DNA of 64,000 nucleotides from positions 5,083,146 to 5,147,145 of the forward strand of contig MU061579.1 of assembly GCA_013265495.1 (NCBI GenBank), in the 5' to 3' direction. The notes beneath the pieces are model-generated. The model saw only the letters and a list, made by a program, of their open reading frames with translations. It was not told the origin of the DNA and ran no database searches. The translations under genes were made by a program, and so were the position numbers. Positions 51,241 to 64,000 of this stretch are shown here, piece by piece. Position 1 is the stretch's first letter. The number at the start of each line of letters is the position of its first letter. The DNA is from Vicugna vicugna (taxonomy: Eukaryota).

Positions 51241-54149
51241 TAAACTATGATTAACTGGCCGTATTTATTTGTTTCAAAAATACTGTAAAGAGATTGAGGC
51301 TAAATTTATAAGCTTTTAGAAGGTATTACATCATAGTAGGGTTTATGAAAATGGATCTGTATAAAGAGAAAAATGAGTACCCCCAAGCCAGCCAGTAAAT
51401 AGACATCACAGACATCATGAAATACTGAGGTTTCTTTTTCTGGTTCATTCTTTATGGCATAAATCTAAAATTAAATAATGTTCCTAAGATGTAACTGTAA
51501 ATGCTAGCAATTTCCTGGAATGTTTTAACATGGCTGCATACTCTAGGAAGTAAAAATTAATGTTAAAAATAAAGAAATTCCTAGGGAGTAGGTGGTCTCT
51601 TACTAATGAGTAAAGGTAATCCCAGACTAATGCAACGCTTTCATCTTTATTATTGCTAATAAAAGTAAACTCATTATCAGACAAAGAAACCACATATTGT
51701 GAAATGATTCTTCAAATGGTATACTAAAGAAATAAAAATATGTTTATTCAGATGGATAGGAGTGGGTTCTGAAGCTCTAAATATTTTAATTATAATAGTA
51801 CTTTAATCATATAAACATACAAGAACTTGTTCTTCCTACTGAAAATAATCATCATTTTACTCAAGCAACCAAATCTGTCTCTTCATCTACTTGAATACTG
51901 ATGTAACAGCTGAGGTAATAGCTTTCTTCTATATATTCTTACGTTTAATACAAAGAAACAAAAACCAAAAAACAATTATTTAAGGTCAGCTCTAAGTCAG
52001 GTCATCTCATTAAAAAGAAAAATCAATTCACGCTATGTTAAACCAAAAATGAATTAAGTTTTTGTGTAGGCCAAGACAAATCTGAAGGAAGAGACTGGAA
52101 CTAGCCAACTAGTCCTTAACCACTATGTTTAAAAAGTTAAGAAATCTAATTTGATCAATTAGCAACTGTTTGTACCCATTTAAATTTGTGCCCATGGACA
52201 GAGTGGCTTGTTCATATTCAACTGCAGAGAAGAATGCTTCTAACTGGTTAGGTGACATTGTATAGCCATATAATAGAATGTCTACACTATGCTATAGAAC
52301 AAAACATTTAACCTTCCTACCAACTGTGTTGCAGAAATAAAGATACAGGATGCATAAAGATTTAAAATATAACTACCTATGAAATATAATCATATTTTAG
52401 TTAATCTTTTTATTAGATTCTTTCTAATTACCAGATATTTTAGAAAGTGTTTTGAAAGCAATACTCTCAAAGGTTCTCAGTACAATGAATTAAATCAATA
52501 TGTGTCACACAAAGTGCAGGATCTTTTGGAAAATATAAAATAGTAAATTTCTGAAAATTACCTTTCCCCAATGAACTATAGCTGCATTTTTATTGAGAGT
52601 TTTTATTTCAGTGTGCAAAGTCTTTAAGAAATTAAATTTGAAAAAATAGATTTAGCTTAAAATTATGGTGATATGGAAAATTACTGGTTTAACAAATTAT
52701 TGCTAATTAGTCAATGCTTTAGTCTCCCTAGACTTTACAATATTCACCCAATTTAAAAAACAAAAAGAATCAAAGAGAAAGGGCTCTCATGATACTAATC
52801 AAGGGAATGTAAGGCACCATGATTGACTAAAGAGAAGAATCTGGCTGGAGGAGCTCATTGGCATCCTTTGAGCAATAGTGTTTTCTATACACTGACATTG
52901 AGTGGGAGTTAGAGATGGGTTAGAAAGGTGAAATAAATTAACCCCTAAGACTGTTCAAAAATTAAGATCCTAAAACTCTACATAGGTTTCATCTGTTTCG
53001 AAGGCTGTGTTTTCTGTTTTGTTTTTTTGTTTGTTTTTTTTTTCCATTTTTTTTAAACCCCTCCAGGGAAGAGAACCGGCTATTGTTTTCAATAAAATCA
53101 ATGTTGTAGCTCCCTGCTAAAATGTTTTTACTTCAACTTTGGCCAATATTCCTTAATGGCCACTTACTTTTATCACATTTCAAAACTTTTATGAGTGAGG
53201 GGGGAGGGAAGTGGAATGCCTATAATTCCTTCCTACGCCTCAGTTTCTTATATAATTCAACAGCTTAGTGGTGGCTCTATTGTTTCTGGAGATTTGGCTA
53301 AAAATGTCACTTCTTTAGGTTGTTCTTTTTTTTAATAGAAAATAAAATATTTTAATTGCTGAAAGATGCCTATCCAGTGATACTGTTTTTTATGCACCTA
53401 ATCAAAAACTTCATCCAAGCCATCTATTATTGCCTTGCTGCACAATTTAATAAGATGCTAACTGCTGCCTAATTCCATATCTTACAGTTGAGGCACAACA
53501 GGTCTTTAGGTCTTTTAATCTTTCCCTGGCTCATGCTCTATACCCTGTATTCAAAAAATCCTCTCTCTATATATATAATATACTCATCCGGAAACACTAG
53601 AGAAGGGCAAGGTTTATTCAAGCCCCTCTGCCTAGATTTGGGTATCCAGAGAAGATAGAAACCATCTCTTGGTGATTTAGTCCTCTCCACTCACCCCTTG
53701 CCCTACCATTCCTCAATATTTCTTCCCTAGGTAAGCACCAGTTAGATTACACAACCAGTCTTATCAGCCCATAGGATTAGCTGCCAGAAATGCACTTCCC
53801 TATCCTCTCCACTGTCAATCCTATAATCTGACCTCAAGTCACTTACTTCACTACCATTACCTGAAGTGATCTGCAGCTGGCTCCTTTTCCTCAATTAGCC
53901 ATAAGTAGGAAGTGTAAGAAAGGAGGTATAGATTTCTAGCTACCCTAAATATCCAAATCCCCTTGTCATTTCTAATACTATACACAGCATGCACTCTTAA
54001 CACCAGATTTTATTTTAAAGGTATAAGAACAAAGACATCTCTATTACTTTCTTTATCCTCAAAACAGAGTTTATGAGATATAGAAAGTTAATCATTTTTG
54101 AAATAATTGGGAAGTAACTAGGAATCTTAATCATAATATGTTGTAAGCA

Positions 54150-54900
54150 AAATGCCTCGTATAAACACTGAAGTCAGGATTAAAAAGACAATACATACGG
54201 CAACATGGATTTTATTTAAAATGTTTTCTAGCTAGCTAATAAAATTAGATAAGAGAAAGTAGGGAACCAAAACAATTGAAAATAGGAAGAAATTCAATAA
54301 TTCATAGATGCTATAACTTACCTGAAAGATACAAAAATATATTTAAGTACTAATCCAAGATTAGATAATTATCTATAGGTAACATACTAAAGATAATATA
54401 CTAAAACACTATTTTAAACAATATGATGATTAAGTAAAGCTATCAAAGCAAGAGCTTTCTTATAGCTTCTCCTCTATAAAGAGCTGTTGTAAAATATAAG
54501 GGAAAAAAATCACATTTACTACTGCATTTAAAGTATAAAATATCTAGGAATAACATAATATGAAATATACAAAGGCAAAGAAAATACTCAAGACAAAACA
54601 AAAATTCAGAGCAACTGATGTTCAGAATATAAGTTGGAGCAATTTCTTTAGGGAGCAATATGACAATATATTTTACTTTTGAGAGGTGCATTTTTTTTTT
54701 GCTCAGAATTACTGTTTATGATAATTTATCCTACAGACATAGATGTGTACAAAAATAATTCATCCACTGCAGCAATGTTTGTAATGGTAAAGACTAAAAA
54801 TAAGTTAATCACTTCTAAGTTAGGGGCAAGTCAAATAATTAATAGTACATTTTTGCAATGAAATGATAGCCATTTAAAAATCAGTCATTTAGGTTACCCA
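54150..54900 (+). mobile_element. Very old L1 (L1ME-like) fragments
   Basis: 'catccactgcagcaatgtttgtaatggtaaa' and 'aatttctttagggagcaatatgacaata'. Confidence 0.5.
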
Positions 54901-57900
54901 GTAAAAAATAACCCAAATACAGATTTTGGATATTAGAGATTTAGAGTGGCAAGGAGTATAGTGTATACTTGCATTTTTAAAAAGGTTTACAGCCACGCAT
55001 GAATACATATACATGCACATATGCACTCAGATATATACATACATTCTGCTTGCATGATTGTATATGCAGTATGTACATTAGAGTCTTGTGGATACTTACC
55101 CCTCTGATGAAAACAGCCCAACCAAGAAGAGGCTGGAGAAATGTGTAAGCACTGTTTTTAAAGTGGGGCTCTCTGTCAAGAATTCATCACTAGTGCCCTA
55201 ATATATCTGCGTATGCAATGAATTAATTTCACACCCGTTAGTCCATAATGACTAGATATGTAACATTCTAGGGAACAATAAGAAAATACTCAAATTACAT
55301 TGCATGCTCTGTGATTCAATGAAGAAGTCTGGTTTAGAAAGACTAGAAGTCATGAGAGGGATATTTAAGTCATATATTGTTTGATACTGCTTGATTTTTC
55401 TAACTGTCAAGTGTATTTAATTTTTACAATTACCATTTCGTGACCTAAATACTGTGTGTAGTGGACGAAGACGTAATCTCACCCAAAGAACTGCTTATAC
55501 AGCCCAGAATATTTTCACAGATGTCCCTATGTGTCTTAATGACTTTTATGAGGGCCACACAACCAATTCCTTGGCCCACAATCATTTGGGTCACCGCTAC
55601 AAGGCAGTTCTGATTACAGATCTTGCCTCTGTGATGAGCAGTGAAATGGTGGATGTGTCCTAGAATTTTCTGGCACATGGATTCTGAGTAATGAACAATG
55701 GGCCATTTTCCTTCTCTCCTTCACTTTGAAGCTAAATGTAAGTGACACTTCCAATTTAAATCTTGAAGTTAAAGTAATGTTGAGGTAACTGACAAATGAA
55801 TGACAACTATAGTTCTTCACATTATAAAATAGTATATTAAACCTATCTCTCTTGTGAATTACTTTATTCTTTATTCACAGTTGATCTCTCTTCTTTGTTC
55901 TTGGATCTTTAATCTTAAAGGCAGTTACAATACTTGACCTAATAATAATGATAGTTCATGTTCTTCAGTCAAATACTGGATCTATCCTACTGGTAAGGGC
56001 AATACTTTGATGGTTTCTTTCGGATAACACACAGTGAAATTGGAGTGCAAGAAAGCATTAAGCTTTAGAATCAAAATCTAGCCTGAATTTCTTCCTAGCT
56101 TCTGCTTTATTAAAATTTCCCCTTATCATAAGCATTATTACATTGCTGTACAAGCAGACTAACACAATACTCACATTCATTCTATGCCATAATTTAAGAC
56201 AGTTTCTTATAGAAAGAGATGCCCACTTTTCGTATGAAGTCTCAAAAAATTGATCAAACGTAAATACATAAATGTTGAAAGGTACAAAAAGTGATAAAAT
56301 TGTTTATGAATAACATTTACATGACTTATTTAAGCAGATATTTAATTAAGTGTTAACTTAGAAACCCTGCCCTTTGTACTTTCCATTTCATAAAATAGTT
56401 TTATCAAAATCATTTATACACATGATGCCTTCAGTATCACTCAAACATTTTTAGTGTCATCTAACAGTTTTTAGAGTGCATCATCCTCACATGTCTTAAT
56501 AGTATGAGTTACAGCACTTGTGAAAATCATATATTATGCTCTCACTGAAAATACATTCCAAATCCATAAGTACCCAATAATAGCAGGGTTTTATATTTTC
56601 ATTTCTCCAACATATTTATATATGTGATCTCAATGATGTCAACACCTACTGATTATTCAGAAAAATAATCTTTAAGAGATTTGTTTACAGTATTACATTA
56701 CAGAAAATGCATGGCCACATGCCCCAGTAAAATCACTATGCCTCTGCTAATTCCTTCACCTTCCATTTATAGTTTACCTATTCCACTGATTAACCTTTTG
56801 TCAACATCCGGAACTAGGACTGCTGGAAATCATTTTAGTACCTTCTAAATTCAGGATATTTTAGTCTAATGTAAATTCTGGGTAATATGAAATCCCCTAT
56901 ATTTAAAAAGACAAGGCACATTACTCCTTTCTGAAAGATAATTTTTAGGACAACAAGAAGTATGATGTTTCAATCATATGTGTATTAGTCATGACAATTA
57001 ACAAATATTTGAGGGGAGACATAACTTCTACTACTGTCTCAGGCTTGCTTTATTGAATTTTTAATGTTGCTTTTATGACTTCTCCTAATTGGAAATGTCA
57101 AAGACGATAGAGGATTGCAACTAAGAAGAAGTTATGCTGCATCGTATTTCAAAGTTTTCTTAAGAAGCCTCGGTACTGTTCTATAGCTCCCCAGTGTTTA
57201 GGGTCTGATGTTTACTGCAGTTCAGTCAGAGATGAGAAATGAGGCGTGGGGTGGGGAATTGAGATTAAACTACTTCTAACAGTTTTCATCACTGATTAAA
57301 TGATTTCCAGTCAATTATTAAGAGTTGAAGAGTTGGATTGTTGAGAGAAACTTTAGATTGCTTCAGTGAGAAAGTGGATGAGACATACTCTAGCCTTGCG
57401 GAATACCTGGAAAATAACCCCATTTCAAACATATCATCACATACCAGAGGATGAAAGGAAAAGGAAGGTGGCTTGGGGCATAGGGGAATAAAAAAGTCCA
57501 CTGCCCTCTTTAAAAGGCAAAGAACTAAGCAAAAGCAGTATCTTTTACTTCCGGCCACAAACTATTCACAAATTCATTTTACTTGAAACACATAAGCAGA
57601 CAAGGACCCTACACAAGGGCAGCAATCATTTATATTCCAGAGTCCAGCACTGGTACATAGTTAAACAATGAATACTTATTGTTGAGTACTAGTCAGTATG
57701 TTTGCTTTACATTTCCATGCTTGATGAAGAGTGATGGCAAAGATTTATTAAAGAGTTTAAAAAATCATTTAAAATTATGCTAAAGCTACCAACGCCCCCC
57801 CAATTCTAATAGTTTCTGAAATGTGACACAATTTTATATAAGAAAATAAAAAGCATTGATAACAAAGGATATAATATAGCTGCCCAGACAGACATGTTAG

Positions 57901-59499
57901 ACATTTGAAACTTTTTTAGTAGAGCTTTGGATTTGCAAAAAAATGTAAAAAAGATAGTTTAATCATATTATACATTTCTCCCTGGGGTGCCCTGAGCTCC
58001 TAAATGATTTTTTTAAATTTGCATGCATTCAGGTTCACTCTTTGTGCTGTAAATGTCTATAGGTTTTGACAAATGCATACTGTCATTTATTCACAAATAT
58101 AGTGTCAGAGAGGAGTTTCACTGCCCTGAAATTCCCATGCTTCACCTACTCAATTGTCCTCCCCTTCCACCAAATTTGAAGCAACCACTGATCTTTTTAC
58201 TGTCATTATAGTTTTGCTTTTCCTAAAATGTTGTATAATTGAATTCATATAGTTTGTGGCATTTTCAGAATGTCTTCTTTTAGTTACTAACATACATTTA
58301 AAAGTTATTCATGTCTTTCAGTGACTTGCTAGTTTATTTCTTGTTATCACCAAATACTATTCCATTGTATGAAAGTAATGCAGTTTGTTTATCCATTCAT
58401 CTATTGAAGGACATCTAGGTTGCTTTCAGTTTTTGACAATTATGAACAAAACTTCCATGAGCGTGTGAGTGCAGATTTTTGTATGAGCATGTTTCCAAAC
58501 CCACTAGGTAAATTCTTAGGAGTGTGATTTTTAGAGTGCATGACAATACAATATTTACCTTTGTAAAACACTGACAAACTGTCTTCCAATAATAGCTGTA
58601 CAATTTGGCATTTCTACCAGCAATCAATGAGAGTTCTTGTTTCATTTGATATTATCCAATTTTTAGATTTTTAACCATTCTAATAGGTCTGTAGCAGCAT
58701 TGCATTGTTTTGAGATGCCCTAATAACAAATGAAGTGAGGCATCTTTTCCCGTTTAACTGCTATCTGTGCATCTTCTTTGCTGAAGTGTCTGCTCAGGTA
58801 TTATGCTCAGTTTTTAACTGGGTTGTTTGTTTTCTTATATTGGAGTTTTAATAATTCTTTATATATTTTGAACACAGGTCCTTTATCCTTTATGTGTTTA
58901 GCAAATTTGTTCTCCCAGTTAGTAGCTTATCTTTTGTAGAGCAAAAGTTTTAACTTTAATAGAGTCTAACTTACAATTTTTTTCTTTCTTGGATTGTGCT
59001 TATGGTGTTGAAGCTAAAAATCCATCACCAAAAGATAATATTACTAAGATTTTCTTCAGTGTTTTCTTCTACAAGTTTTGTGCTTCTGTGTTTTGTACTT
59101 AAGTCTAATCAGTTGTGAGCTAATTTTTGCAAAAGGTATATATGGTCTTTGTCCAGGTTTAGTTTTTTGCTTATAGATGTTTAATTGGTCCAGCATCATT
59201 TGCTGAAAAGAATATTATTTGAATGGACAATGAATTGCTTTTGCTTTTTTGTCAAAGATCAGTTGGCTGTATTTACACAGGTCTATTTCTGGGCTCTCAA
59301 TTCTGTTCCATTAATCTATCTATTCAATTACTATTATGTCCATATTACTGTATTTTTATTGTAAGTTTTGAAACCAGGTAGCGTAAGTCCTACAACTTGC
59401 TTTTTATTTATAGTACTGGGTTACTTCTTCTAGGTCCTGTGCCTTTCCTTATGCACTTCTGAATAAGTTTGTTGATAATTTGGCTTGGGACTACATAAC

Positions 59500-59715
59500 T
59501 CTGCAACCATCTTCACATGACTTCTTTATTTCAGTCCTTTCCTTCTCTTCTAAGGACACTGTCATTTGACTTAGGGTCCATCCTAATCCATGATGATCTA
59601 ATCTCTGGCTCTTTAAACTAATTTCATTGTCAAAGACCCCTTTTCCAAGTTATGTCACATTCACAAACTTCAGAGGCCAATCCTTGTTGGGAGCCACCTA
59701 CCACCCAGTCCATTA
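59500..59715 (-). mobile_element. MaLR LTR fragment (MLT1B/C-like)
   Basis: 'taaggacactgtcatttgacttagggtccatcctaatcca...aaagaccccttttccaa...tcacattcaca'. Confidence 0.75.
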
Positions 59716-59948
59716 TAGGAACTATTATTCCCTCTGCTTCTGTCTTTTGCAAAACATTGTGGAAAACTGGTTTCATTTATTTCCTTAAATGTTTACTAGA
59801 ATTCACTAGTGAAACCAACTAGAACTAGTGCTCTGTTTTGAAAAATTATTAATTCAGTATCTTTAAAAGATGAAGGCCTATGAATTTTCTTATTCTTTGT
59901 GCACATTTTAGAATTTTGTGACTTTATCAAGAGATTGATTCATTTCAT

Positions 59949-61144
59949 AAAAGAACCTGAAGAGTCAAAGCAATCTTGAGAGAGAAGACAAAAACTAAAG
60001 GTATCATACTCCCTGAACTCAAACTGTACTATAAAGCTACAGTCATAAACAGTATGGTAATGGCACAAAACCAGACACATAGATCAATGGAACAGAACAG
60101 AGAGCCCAGAAATAAACCCATGCTTATATGGTCAATTAATCTATGACAAAGGAGGCAAGAATATACAGTGAGGAAAAAGTCTCTTCAATAAATGGTGTTG
60201 GAAAAACTGGACAACTATATACAAAAGAATGAAACTAGACCATTTTCTTATACCATATACAAAAATATATTCAAAGTGTATTAAAGACATACATAAGGCT
60301 TGAAACCATAAAACTAGAAGAAAACATACACAGTAAACACTTTGAATCAAATTGACTACTTTCTTATACCACATACAAAAATAAGTTCAAAATGGATTAA
60401 AGACTTAAATGTAAAACCTAAAATCAAGCTAATAGGCACATAAAAAGACGCTCAACACCCAGGAAATGCAAGTCAAAACTACAATAAGGAATCACCTCAC
60501 ATCTGTCAGAATGGGTATCATCAAAAAGACAATAAATAAAATATGTTGCTAGGGATGTGGAGAAAAGTGAACTCTCGTGCACTGTTGGAGGGAATATAAA
60601 TTGGTACAATCACTATGTAAAGAGTATGGTGGTTCTTCAAAAAATGAAAACATTAATTCAAAAAAACATATGTCCCAATGTTCACAGCACCATTATTCAT
60701 AATAGCCAAGCTATGGAAGCCACTTGTGTCCATCAACAGATGAATAGATAAATATATGAATAAATATTACTCAGTCATTAAAAATAGAATCAAATCTTGC
60801 CATTTATGACAAAATGCATGGACCTAAAGGGTAATATGCTAAATGAAATAAGTCAGACAGAGAAACAAATATAACAAAAAGAAACACACTCACTGATACA
60901 TACAAACTAGTGGCTGCCAGAGGGGAGGGGGAGGGGGATGGATAAAAGAAATGAAGAAGATTAAGAGGTATAAACTATCAGTTATAAAATAAATGTCACA
61001 GGGATATAATGAACACCACAGGGAATATAATCAATAATACTGCAGTAACTTTGTATGGTGCATAATCTATAAAAATATTGAGTCACTGTGTTGCACACTT
61101 GAAATTACTATTGTATTGTAAGTCAACTATACTTCAATTAAAAA
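59949..61144 (+). mobile_element. L1 3' fragment nested in the older antisense L1, with a 20-bp TSD
   Basis: TSD aagagattg(a/g)ttcatttcat at 59929-59948 and 61145-61164; ORF2 motifs 'atagatcaatggaacagaa' and 'tcttcaataaatggtgttgg'. Confidence 0.93.
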
Positions 61145-63544
61145 AAGAGATTGGTTCATTTCATCTGTCAAAAATGTAGACCTAGACTTGTTCATAGTAC
61201 TCATTTATTGTCATTTAAAAAAAACTTCTATATGATCAGTACTGATCTCTTTCATCTCTGATTTAGTTTCATTTATTTCTCTGTTGATTTGCTTTTTCAA
61301 TTTCATTGATTTCTGCTTTGATTTTTGCTTCTTTTCTTCTGGTTGTTTTAAATTTAAGTTGTTCTTCTCTCTCTAGTTTCCTAAGCTGATAGTTTAGATA
61401 AATGATTTTAGATATTTCTCATTTTTCTAATGTACACATTATTTTTCCCCTAAATACTGTCCTTGATGCATCACATTTTAGTAGGATGCATTATTAATTT
61501 TAGTTAGTTGATAAACTATAATTTCTCTTGGGGCTTATATGTCCCCTTTTGGGAATTTTCCTGCTGTCTTTCTGTTGTTAACTTCTCATTTAATTCCACT
61601 GTAATTTGAAAATATACTTTGTAATATTTCAATTAAAAATTGTCCAAATGTGTTTCATGGCCTGTAATGTGGTCTATTTTTGTGAATATTTTATACAAGC
61701 TTGAGAGGAATATATATATTGCTCTCATTAACAGAACATTCAACAAATCTGGATTAGATCAAGTTGACTATTAGTGCTATTCAGGTCAACTCTGTCCTTA
61801 TTTACCTTCTGTTTGATATATCAATTAAGACAGAGTGTCGTAGTCTCCAACTGTAATATTGGACTTATACTGGATAGAGAACTTCAGGCTGGTGGCTTTA
61901 CTGTTCAACATTTAAAATATTTAATTCCACCATAATCCGTATCCTTTGTTCTATAGGTAAGGTGTTTCTTTCTCTGATTTCTTTCAAGATTGTCTCTTTG
62001 TCTTTAGTCTTCTAGAATATGAAAAAAGATATGTTTAGATCCACTTTTTTTTCTTTTTTTGTATTTATTTTGCTTGGAGTTCTCTGTTTCCTTAATCTAT
62101 AGTCTTGTCATTCATTTTAGAAAATTATCAGCCATTATTACTTCAATTGTTTATCTTCTTACTTCCAGGATCTTTATATGCCAGAGGAAAAACTGGTGGT
62201 CTAAACTAGACACATGGGACTCTTGTAAATCACAGTAAGCTCATGTTTAAGTCCTAAACGATTTGTCTTTTCTTCATTACACTATATCAATAGATGTTAA
62301 TTCTTTAGATTGAACCTTAAGCTTCCTTAGCTACTAAGATAATGGTAGTATTTAAAAGTTCTGTTCAGTGCATCAAGTACTAATTTTATGTTGAAATAAA
62401 ACAGGACTATCTAACCCTAACTCAGTCACAAATTTAAATTCAGTATTTCTTAAAAAAGAAGGAAAGGGAAATGTGTTTTGTTTGAAGGCCTTATCTTAGT
62501 GTATAAATATTCATTATGTTTATTTCAAATAAATTGATGAAATTGTTACAAGAAATTTTTAGAAACAGTTTTTTTTTATGTCTGACTGCATAACATTGAT
62601 GTCATATTTCTTCTTATATAATCAACAGCTGCAGAATAGATTAAATTCAGTGAGTTACACTTACTTCATATAATACTTTCATTGAAGGTAAATCAGAAAA
62701 ACAGTCTGCAAAAACAATTTAAATAGACAATCTTGTTTCCTCTTTGTTTTTCAGCTGATGGCTGTATCATTAGCATATCAAACCAAATTAAAATTGGAAC
62801 TGGTTTATATACTCATTTTTCTTTATGCTTTTGATTTGAGGAGCTCTGTTACTAATTTTCTGATTAGTGACTCTAACTTAAAGAATCAACGAGTGCCGTT
62901 AGAAGTGCTGTTGTATGATTTGTTCATTATTCATAGATGGCCAGGTCCATTTTTTTCCCTTCTCCCTCTCCTCTAAGGGAAAGGAAAACAACCATTCTCT
63001 CTTTTTGAATTTATTTTTTCCAACACTTATGCAGATGTGGATATTCAAGGCAAATGTATGCTCAGACAATCAAAGCAATTTTATCTATTGTCAAGCTACT
63101 TTTGCTTCTGGATAATATACAAAATAGACATGAGACTGTTGCTCTTCAGATACAAAATATTTGCATTTAAAATGACCATATGTCAAGCACATATATTACA
63201 GGAGAAATAATCAAGAACTGAATTAAAATAATTACTTAAAAGGAAAATCAAGATGCTTCCAGTTTTGAAATTTCTTTTGCTTAGACATCTGCTGTCTATT
63301 GTACCATGCTCAAATGCACAGAACTGGTATAATACTGTCATTATTCTTAATGCAGCATCCCTTCACCTGGATACCTGTTTTCCAAAGATTACAGAGATCT
63401 AAAACTGAATTTAGTTCACTTAAATGCACATTTTCTATCAGTTGATTTAAAAAGATACTGATTTGTATTCGTCCATTATCATGAAAAGTACAAAGGTTTA
63501 AATTTTTTTTAAAAATCAGAATTTTTACAGAATTCATTCTTACA

Positions 63545-63640
63545 GTGTTTGGAAAGATACAAGAAATCTCTGTATATCCCACTCAATTTTTCTGTGAGCC
63601 TAAACCTTCTTTCAACAATAAAAAGTCAATTTAAAAATTA
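63545..63640 (+). mobile_element. L1MC-like terminal fragment
   Basis: 'gaaatctctgta...ctcaatttttctgtgagcctaaa...aataaaaagtcaatttaaaaa'. Confidence 0.7.
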
Positions 63641-63802
63641 ATTATCTGATTCCTAACATAGTTACTTAATACTTATGCCAGAGTAATATTTGGAAAACAC
63701 TAATATATATTTTAAGTGCCATATGTAAACTGTAATTGTATGTAAACTGCACTGGTAAACTAGTACAAATCCTCAAAGATAAAAAGTTCAAACTTACAAA
63801 CC

Positions 63803-64000
63803 TTTTTTTTTTAAGTGAAGTATAGTCAGTTTACAATGTGTTAATTTCTGGTGTATAGCATTGCGATTCACTTATACATATATATTCCTTTTCATATTCT
63901 AGTTTTTATAGGCTATTATAAGGTATTGAATATAGTTCCCTGTGCTATACAGTAGGGCCCTGTCATTTATCTATTTTATATATATTAGTATCAGTATCTG
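63803..64000 (-). mobile_element. Lineage-specific L1 3' end (runs off the window)
   Basis: T-run followed by 'tgaagtatagtcagtttacaatgtg', the reverse complement of the tails seen near 11050 and 47970. Confidence 0.92.

Larger units (their letters stand above)
58008..62170 (-). mobile_element. Old L1 (L1MC/MD-like), fragmented and carrying nested insertions
   Basis: Antisense 3' UTR from 58008, ORF2 motifs such as 'ggtccagcatcatttgctgaaaag', and the endonuclease region near 61600-61860. Confidence 0.85.

Noticed and set aside
1..64000. Short ORFs (60-114 aa) in the ORF track as protein-coding genes
   Set aside because: Many start at non-ATG codons, lie within repeats or resemble no family I know; they are as expected from random AT-rich mammalian DNA

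Overview
AT-rich, CpG-poor mammalian non-coding DNA (gene desert or large intron). L1 3' ends of cetartiodactyl type, with no recognisable Alu, B1, BovB/Bov-tA or PRE-1 SINEs, suggest a camelid-like species (inference). I found no supportable protein-coding gene, RNA gene or CRISPR array. The ORF track is explained by decayed L1, L2 and ERVL reading frames or by chance. Much of the window is interspersed repeats: L1, L2, MIR, MaLR/ERVL/ERV1 LTRs, an ERVL pol relic, and Tigger/hAT elements. Repeat family names come from my recollection of consensus sequences, and most boundaries are approximate. The best observations are an L1 insertion with a probable 3' transduction splitting an ERV1 LTR, an LTR carrying three estrogen-response-element palindromes, an unusually long L2 with a readable endonuclease domain, and a switch in LTR orientation near 21.3 kb. 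I cannot support a wholly new biological system here.
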